Shown: in pieces, positions 12,726 to 20,000 of the stretch
How the letters are laid out: every line of letters begins with the position of its first letter
How positions within the stretch are numbered: position 1 is the stretch's first letter
Assembly (NCBI GenBank): GCA_002245135.1
Contig: NGBS01000035.1
Location: forward strand, 51,239 to 71,238
Origin: Proteromonas lacertae
Lineage: Eukaryota
Direction: 5' to 3'
DNA: 20,000 nt
Made by a program: the position numbers and the translations under genes
The notes under the pieces: generated by a model
The model's database searches: none
What the model was told of the DNA's origin: nothing
The model's input: only the letters and a program-made list of their open reading frames with translations

Positions 12726-12981
12726 TTCAGCAAAATATTGATTTTGGAACAATTACTGAAATGTATTCGTTTCATTGTTAATCAAATCAGTTACATTGAA
12801 TAAAAGAAGAATGAGATACATTTGAAAGAAATGAAGATATAGAATAAATAAAAATAGCATAAATACAATGAATGATAATGTAAAGAATATTCAATATCTT
12901 TTAATTGTCTATATTTTGTATTTGTTTCTGTACAATGAATATAATATACAATATAAATATAAATATAACAAATCAATAGAA

Positions 12982-14990
12982 TTATTTACCTTCTAATATC
13001 ATACGAACTTCTTCTCCTGTTAATTTTTCTCTCTCTTTCAAACTCTTCGCTAATCTCTTCAATTTACTTTTGTTTTTACTAATCATTATCTTCGCATCAT
13101 TGTAACCACTATTTAAAATCTTGTTTACTTCTTTATCAATCTCATGTTTTGATTCATTTGATAATAACTCTAAATTATCACTCGTTATTACTTCATATCC
13201 ATGAACATTATTCATTCCATATGACATTACCATTCTTCGAGCAATTTCTTTTGCATGTTCTAAATCACTTCCAGCTCCAGTTGTTACATTATCTCTTCCA
13301 AATATTATCTCTTCTGCCACTCTTCCACCCATATTTACTACGATTTGTGCATATAATTCTTTCTTACTCACTTGATAAGAAGATTCTTCTGAAGGTAAAT
13401 GACTTACTAAACCTAATGCCTAATTTCATTAAAAATAAATAAATAAATAAATATAAATAAATATATAGATAAATAAATAAATATAAATAAATATATATAT
13501 ACTGATCCACGAGGTATTATTGTAGCACTTCGAACTGGTTGAGCTCCTGGAAAGTAAGTGGCTAATAATGCATGTCCTGCTTCATGATATCTATTATATA
13601 TTATTATATATTATATTATTATATACGCTGTATTATCTATTACATTCTTTGGAATTATTGCACTTTTTCTTTCTGTTCCTAATAAGATTTTATCTTCAGC
13701 TTTTAAGATATCTTCCATTCGAATTTCTTTACTTTTATTTATATATGCTAATAATGCAGCTTGGTTTATTATATTCTCTAAATCAGCACCTGTTGCACCT
13801 GGAGTTGTATCAGCTAATTCTTTCAAATTTACATCTTCACTTATTCTTTTATTTCGACAATATCTTTCAATTATCTTTAATCGACCTTCTTTATCTGGTA
13901 ATGGAACTATTGGAATATAATAATAACAATTTATTATTTACTTTCTAATTGTAAATCAAATCTACCTGGTCTTATTAAAGCAGGATCTAATATTTCTTTT
14001 AAATTTGTTGCTGCTATTACCAATATTCCATCACTTTCACGAAATCCACCCATTTCTGTCAATAATTGATTGATTGTCATTCGATCATATGATTTTGTTC
14101 CATTACTATTTCTCTTACCACCTACACTATCTAATTCATCAATAAATATTATAGCAGGAGACTATTATATAATATAAATATATAAATAATTAAATATACA
14201 TGTTCTTTTGCTAATTGAAATAATTTTCGAATTCTTTTTGCACCAACTCCAACATACATTTCATCAAATTCACTTGCTGTTGCATATAGAAATGTTACAT
14301 TCGCTTCACCAGCTAATGCTCTTGCTAATAATGTCTTACCACAGCCTGGAGGACCAGATAATAAAACACCATGAGGTATGGTTGCTCCTGATTCATATAC
14401 ACTTTTTGGATTCTTTAAATATTTTAATAAAAATGTCATTTCTTCTTTTATATCATCTAATCCTTCTATATCACTAAATTTAGCTGTTTCACCTTCATGA
14501 CTTTTTATTGACGATGTTGAATTTGATTCTCTATTCACTGTTTTATAATTTATTACATAAGCAAATCCAATAAACATTAAACATCCCAATATCTCTAAAA
14601 AATGACTTTGTTTATTTGATTCTATTGAATATAAAGGATTGGTTTTTGTTCCACGAACATTCACTTTGTCTTTATTTATTCGTAAATCAGTCAAATATAT
14701 ATCACCTGTCTTACATAAAGCTCTTATAAACTCTTTATTTATTGATTCATCACTCAAAGGACTTTTCAATCGAAGAATCTCAGAATATACAAGACGGTAT
14801 GCTCCAATGTCATTTAATCTCTATTCAATTATCATTAATAATTAAATTAACTCTATTATACTTTAAAATATTCACTTTGAGCATAATAATTGTTAATATT
14901 TTCATTGATTGCTTTTCTTAAACTCATAGTTCGTAATCTTGGTAAAAAACTAATGAAACGAACATTTGGCTTTATTACTGATAGTTTCAT
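12982..14990 (-). CDS. YME1: i-AAA protease YME1/FtsH-family ATP-dependent zinc metalloprotease, probably targeted to the mitochondrion or mitochondrion-related organelle
   Basis: Arg/Ser-rich N-terminus [26 protein letters not shown], single TM, Walker A GPPGCGKT, pore loop [15 protein letters not shown], Walker [27 protein letters not shown], zinc motif HEAGH and MGGRVAEE. Five GT-AG introns, no frame breaks. Confidence 0.93.
13436..13500. repeat. TAAA-rich repeat with a 30-bp tandem duplication in the last YME1 intron
   Basis: aaataaataaatataaataaatatata(g/t)at occurs twice (13441-13470, 13471-13500), lengthening this intron to about 83 nt. Confidence 0.8.
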
Positions 14991-15058
14991 TGATTTGATC
15001 TATTTTTATAATTACATACTCATAAATATACTGAGTTATTGATATGATTAACCAATTT

Positions 15059-15157
15059 ACTATTTCTATACATTCTAATTTTTATTTTGAAAAATGAGAA
15101 TTATCAAGCCAAGTTCAAGCATTTCAATTTTTAATTTCATTTTTATTGTTGATAGAA
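15059..15157 (+). repeat. Diverged ~99-bp direct repeat, copy A (left flank of BTB paralog 2)
   Basis: Ungapped manual alignment to 17532-17630 gives about 78/99 identities, and 34/38 in the last 38 nt (catttcaatttttaatttcatttttattgttgatagaa). Confidence 0.8.
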
Positions 15158-15297
15158 GTAATAGTGTGATGGATTGAAATGAAATACTGATAGTTGATAT
15201 ACTAATAAGTTTATTAAAGATATTTATTTAGCATTTTCAAAATATTGGGTTAATGAAAATTTTCAAAAAAAATAGAAAGAGCTAATCTTCACATAAG

Positions 15298-17443
15298 ATG
15301 GTTATAAAAGAGAATAAAGAAGTTAGAGAAAGAGGGTATGAAATAATATGAATATCTGAAATAGGTTATGTAGAAAATTAGTAGAAAATGGATTTGGTGA
15401 TATAAAAGTCAAGGCGGGAGAAAGTATTATTACCTCAATCAAATCCATTTTGATGAGTGGTAATAGAACTTTGAAGAAAGTGATTGAAGATAAAGAATTT
15501 AAAGGTATTTTGGAGTTATATGAGGATTGTAGTGAATATTGCTTTCTGGAAGTAGAAAAATACTACAGTGGTGGTAATTTGGATATAAAGAGAGAGAATG
15601 TATGTGATATATTGATGTTTTGTATGTCATATAATGATGAAGATATATATAATGATTGTATTGATTTTATAAAGAATAATGTTGATGATGATATACTGAT
15701 TAAATTAATTGATATATCACATCGATTTACCTATGGTTTAAAAGAGATTGAAGAGTTGAAAATGACTGAATTTGAGAAAAGAGGATATAAATACTTATAT
15801 AATGGTATATTTTATTATTATAAGAATTGTTTATATTTATTAATATAAATAGATGAGTATTTAATGATGTTAGATATAAACAATCTTAAGAGTTTATTAT
15901 CTTTCAAGAATGTGATAATTCGAAATGAATTGTGGTTATTAAATCGATTATTAGAATGGTATAAACACAAAAGAAGCTGTAACAATAATGATGATTTTGT
16001 CAATGATTTTAAACATTTGGTTGAAGAACATATAGATGGTAAAATGATCAATGAATGTGAAATGAGTGATGAAACTAAAGAGATGTTGAGAGAATTGAAT
16101 ATAGTGTTTAACAAAAACAAATCAATAAAATATACTGATTTAAACCAAATCAGAGATGAAAGTATGAAGAACTTAATAATCAACAATTATATTGAGAATG
16201 GTGGAATAGAATTTAATGAAGAAGAAAAAGAGATATTAAACCAAACAAAAGAAGAAGAATTAGATAATATAATATTAAACTTGCTTGAGACAAGAGATGT
16301 AATAGTAACAGAGATTGTGTTAATGATAATGAAATATAAAAATGTGAAAGTCGAAAGTATAAATTATAGAAATATAATGTAATAGAATATATCTCCAATA
16401 TAGAAAAAAGAGATGTTTTAAGCAAATTATGTGTAGAGTTTAATGAAAATAAAAGAAATCGAACATTAAAATGTTTAAGTGTGTTTTTAGAAGATAAAAA
16501 GAATGTTTCAGTAATTGAAGATATATGTGGAAAAGAAACACTTTATAGAATATTAAATAATGATTATTTAAACTCCAAATCGAAAGAATTATTAATAGAA
16601 TATATTCAAGAAATGAAAATGAGTGATGAAGAAAAAGAAGAAATGAAGAAAATGATATTTAATAAAGAATTATTGAATGAATTAATAATCAAAGAAATCA
16701 CATCATTTTCATATCCAGAAACAGAATATTCATTCTATGAAGGCGAAGAAATCTCAATAATTCCTTCATGTGATGGAGATAAATGTGAATTTTCAGTAAA
16801 TCCATCCTTACTTGATGGTTTAGTGATTGATAAAGAAAGTGGAATAATTCATGGAATAACCAAGAATGGTTATGAGAAAACAGTATATGAAATAACCTGT
16901 AAGAATAAGAAAAATGAAAAGACATTCAAAATCACATTAGAAATTATGGAAGTAAAATTCATTAATAATGATAAAAATGATGTTTCAATATTATCAGAGG
17001 GTAAAAAAATAACAAAACATGTGGATAGAAGCAGTCTATGTTATTTAAATTTGAAAATGGAAAGAGGAATTTACCATATAAAATATGTATATCAAAAGAA
17101 TTTTAGTGGTTGTAAGGATTTAATGTATTTAGGTTTATCAACTGATAATATATATTTTACTCAAACATGTAATTATGTTGTATATACAGGTGCAAGTCAA
17201 GATATTGCTTCATGTTGTTATATTGGAACAGTTGTTACTAGAAATCCCAATTTTACTCATTGTTCATCTGATGTAATTTATGAATTGATTGTTGATATGA
17301 ATAAACATGAATTTTGGATTTCTTGTAATAGTTTACCTCCCAGTTTACTTGTTAAAAATTTACCATCTCCATTATATCCATGTGTTATGCTTTTCAATAA
17401 AAATACTTCATTAGAACTAAAAGAAGTTAGTCATGAAGATTAA
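15298..17443 (+). CDS. BTB/POZ-BACK + putative Ig + B30.2/SPRY-like protein, paralog 2
   Basis: ATG 15298. GT-AG introns at 15336-15364, ~15805-15852 and 16357-16385 join ORFs 15450, 15864 and 16481. Colinear with paralog 1 (e.g. LWLLNRLLEWYK, DYLNSKSKELLI, KEITSFSYP, LLVKNLPSPLY). Confidence 0.78.
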
Positions 17444-17531
17444 ATACTTTATATTCATTACTATTCATTATATTTTGATTATATTATATCTGTATTTGTA
17501 TATTACTATTTCATAATGAAGGAGTTAAATA

Positions 17532-17630
17532 ACTCATTCTATTCATCATAATTTCAATTTTGAAAATCTATTTTGATCAAACCAAATTCAAACATTTTAT
17601 TTTTTAATTTCATTTTTCTTATTGATAGAA
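17532..17630 (+). repeat. Diverged ~99-bp direct repeat, copy B, ending at the ATG of the next gene
   Basis: Aligns to 15059-15157 and ends ...attgatagaATG (ATG at 17630). Confidence 0.8.
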
Positions 17631-18712
17631 TGAAGAAAATCAGAGAATATTATGATAAATTGAAAGAATATGTTATAATAACATTTTCTTGTGAAATATT
17701 TATAGGAATATATTTAACTTGTTTATCAAGTGGTTTATTAAAGCAATATCAAAATCAGCGAAGTTTAAATATTGAGAGATATAATCTATATGCAAGAAGA
17801 TGGAATAATTATAAAAGAGATTCTTTCAAACCCTTTCATTTTCGTTATTTCTTTGATGATGAAGGTAATGGTTCTTTTCCTTTATGGTATTTCAATAAAT
17901 CAAGTGATAATGAACCTTATAAAGATCATCAACTTCCACTTGATCCAATAATAATTCCATCAGAACCATATTATTATAAATGTGAATATGAGAATGTAAA
18001 TAATTATACTTCATTAAATTTTAGATTAAAACAATGTTTTAATATTGATTGTAGTAATTCTTCTCGTCTTTATATCGATAAATTTGAAATACATAAAGTG
18101 TTATATGAAAGTCCAAACAATACAAAACTGAAATGAAAAAGAGTTAAAAGAAAAATGTGTAAAAGAAAATGGTAAATGGCTAAATGAGAATTCAACTTGT
18201 ATAAGTGATTTATATTTATCAAATATATGTTATCGCGTATTAATAAAAGCTGAATTTTATGCTATTCCTGACACTTATAGAGCTAGACCAAAGAATCATG
18301 CTTATCATGATAAAATGGGATGTTATTTTAATGATGGAAATTTCTCTCCAGCTACTTATATATCTAATAATAATAATAATACAATAACATTAGAAGTAAG
18401 ACATTATGATGATCCACGAATAGTATGTGAAGATATAATGAAGGATGTACAAGTAAGTCAGAAAAAGATGGAAATTGTTTTGGAAATCAAGATAAAATCC
18501 CTCAATTTATCTATTTACTGATATTTTCAATAGTTATTGATGTATTGATATTGTTTCATATCTTATATTACATCTTTGACCAAAAGAGAAGAAAACAAAA
18601 ACTAATTCCAATTTCAACCTCTCCAGAAATACTAATTGGAAGAATGAAGATAATGTATAATAGAGTAAATAATAATTGTTTAAAATGTTTAATTCAAAAT
18701 AGATTTGAATAA
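17630..18712 (+). CDS. Hypothetical membrane protein: two TM helices flanking a Cys-rich extracytoplasmic loop
   Basis: N-terminal TM VIITFSCEIFIGIYLTCLSSGLL. After 1-nt frame breaks (~18132, ~18437) the frame continues through CVKENGKW, GCYF and GCTSKSEKDGNCFG to a second TM FIYLLIFSIVIDVLILFHILYYIF and basic RRKQK. Exact end uncertain (18660 or 18712). Confidence 0.6.
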
Positions 18713-18762
18713 TAGTTTGATAAAGCTTGATTTTAAAATTTGAAATATCTCTTAATCTAGGA

Positions 18763-20000
18763 ATGCAAATGAGCTATTATAACCAAATATCAAACAATCT
18801 AGAAGAAAATGATTGTTTTGAAATTCAATATTATTTGTATGATCAATATTTAGATAATTTATAGATCCCTTTTAGAAAATGAAATAGATCAAATCTCATT
18901 AAATAGTTCATACTTAGATTTAAAAGAATTTTTCAACCATATTGAAAGAATATCCAAATTGGTGAAAATCTCTCCTTCCACCCTAACCAAGAAAGATAAT
19001 GAGATAATAAAATACTTGTGTGAAATATTAAATGTATAACTAATGATATTAATATATTTAAAATAGAATATAAGTGAAACAACAAATATATTGTATTTCT
19101 TTTGTATTTTATAAGATAAATAGAAATAATGAAGAAATGAGATTTCGAAAAGAGAAAGAGAATAAATATACAAAAGAAATGAATGAAAATAATAGATGAA
19201 CTAAAAGAATGGATAGAAAAAACAATCTATATTCCAAATACTATTTCTTCTTGTTTATTAGATGAAATAAAAACTGAATATGAAATAAAGAGAAGAGAAT
19301 TAGTGAATTATATGAAAGTGTATTATAAATTAATGAATTATCAAATTTAATTTGTACATTGAATAATATAATGAATGACAATCGATTATTATGTGAAAAT
19401 ATAAAGATCAATTTTCAACAATAATAATATATCATAAGAATCACAATATAAAGAATAGTATAATAGAAGAAGTAAATGGAATAATAAAGAGATGTAAAGA
19501 GATGATAAATGAATTATTAATAATAAGTGAACTATATAAGAGAATAGAAGAATCAATGTATATATGAAATAGAAAATATTATTTAATAATAGAAAAGAAA
19601 TAGAAAGAAGATATGTGAATAATGAAGTAATAAATGAAGAATTAGAAAGATATCGAAATATATTCAAAGATATATATTCAATAGAAGAGTTAAATATAAT
19701 GTTAAATGAGTTAATGGAAATAAACAAAAAATAAGAGAAAGTGAGAATAAGATATTAACATTAAAACCATATTGTATGAAAATAATTTATTATTAATATA
19801 AATATAATAGTAAATTAATATCAGAGTTATTTGACAAAATTCCATTATCTTTATCATTCCAATTGAAGAAAGAATATGAGAATTACAGAAAGTATATTTC
19901 AACAGATTTATGTAATAATAATATGAATAATATAACCAAGATTACATTCAACAATCAATGAATTAAAAGTATAAATAAATGATATTTTTGTATAGATAGT
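18763..20000 (+). CDS. Helical/coiled-coil protein, possibly exocyst Sec3/EXOC1-like; multi-intron, several frame breaks, probably runs off the window
   Basis: ATG 18763 and short GT-AG introns. Segments KIIDELKEWIEKTIYIP and LKPY.KLISEL...QLKKEY resemble Sec3 motifs as I recall them (weak, unverified). Confidence 0.45.

Noticed and set aside
13436..13626. CRISPR-like or telomeric repeat array
   Set aside because: Simple AT microsatellites confined to YME1 introns, with no repeat-spacer structure.
11141..14845. Short + strand ORFs (11141, 12010, 12484, 13149, 13568, 14208, 14639)
   Set aside because: Antisense shadows of the BTB and YME1 genes with Leu/Phe/His-biased composition and no motifs.
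10614..17443. Transposon with long terminal inverted repeats carrying YME1
   Set aside because: The inverted similarity is just two diverged coding paralogs. I found no transposase, terminal repeats or target-site duplication at the outer ends.
3925..19902. Other small ORFs (3925-, 6217-, 8654+, 12791-, 15818-, 16213-, 16698-, 18889-, 19389-, 19711-)
   Set aside because: Antisense to better-supported genes, or AT-rich intergenic noise.

Overview
Gene-dense, very AT-rich eukaryotic (protist) nuclear DNA with many tiny spliceosomal introns (mostly 27-60 nt, GTAT...TAG) and intergenic gaps often only 60-100 bp. This style, plus a TGTT-type motif just after several stop codons, suggests a Blastocystis-like stramenopile (inference). 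The ORF track is fragmented by introns and single-base indels. Manual splicing gives about 11 genes: a signal-peptide hypothetical protein, an SLC17/ACS-family MFS transporter, VAC14, TRMT2A/TRM2, a Ser/Pro-rich hypothetical protein, an EF-hand protein, YME1/FtsH, two oppositely oriented BTB-BACK-Ig-SPRY-like paralogs flanking YME1, a two-TM Cys-rich membrane protein and a possible Sec3/EXOC1-like gene. Most notable: (1) two minor-spliceosome (U12)-like introns with AT-AA termini in adjacent genes; (2) one BTB-Ig-SPRY gene bracketed by a ~100-bp diverged direct repeat of the neighbouring gene's upstream region, suggesting cassette insertion; (3) a GU-rich element placed so that poly(A) addition would fall in or at the stop codon; (4) many frame breaks at homopolymers, probably assembly errors.
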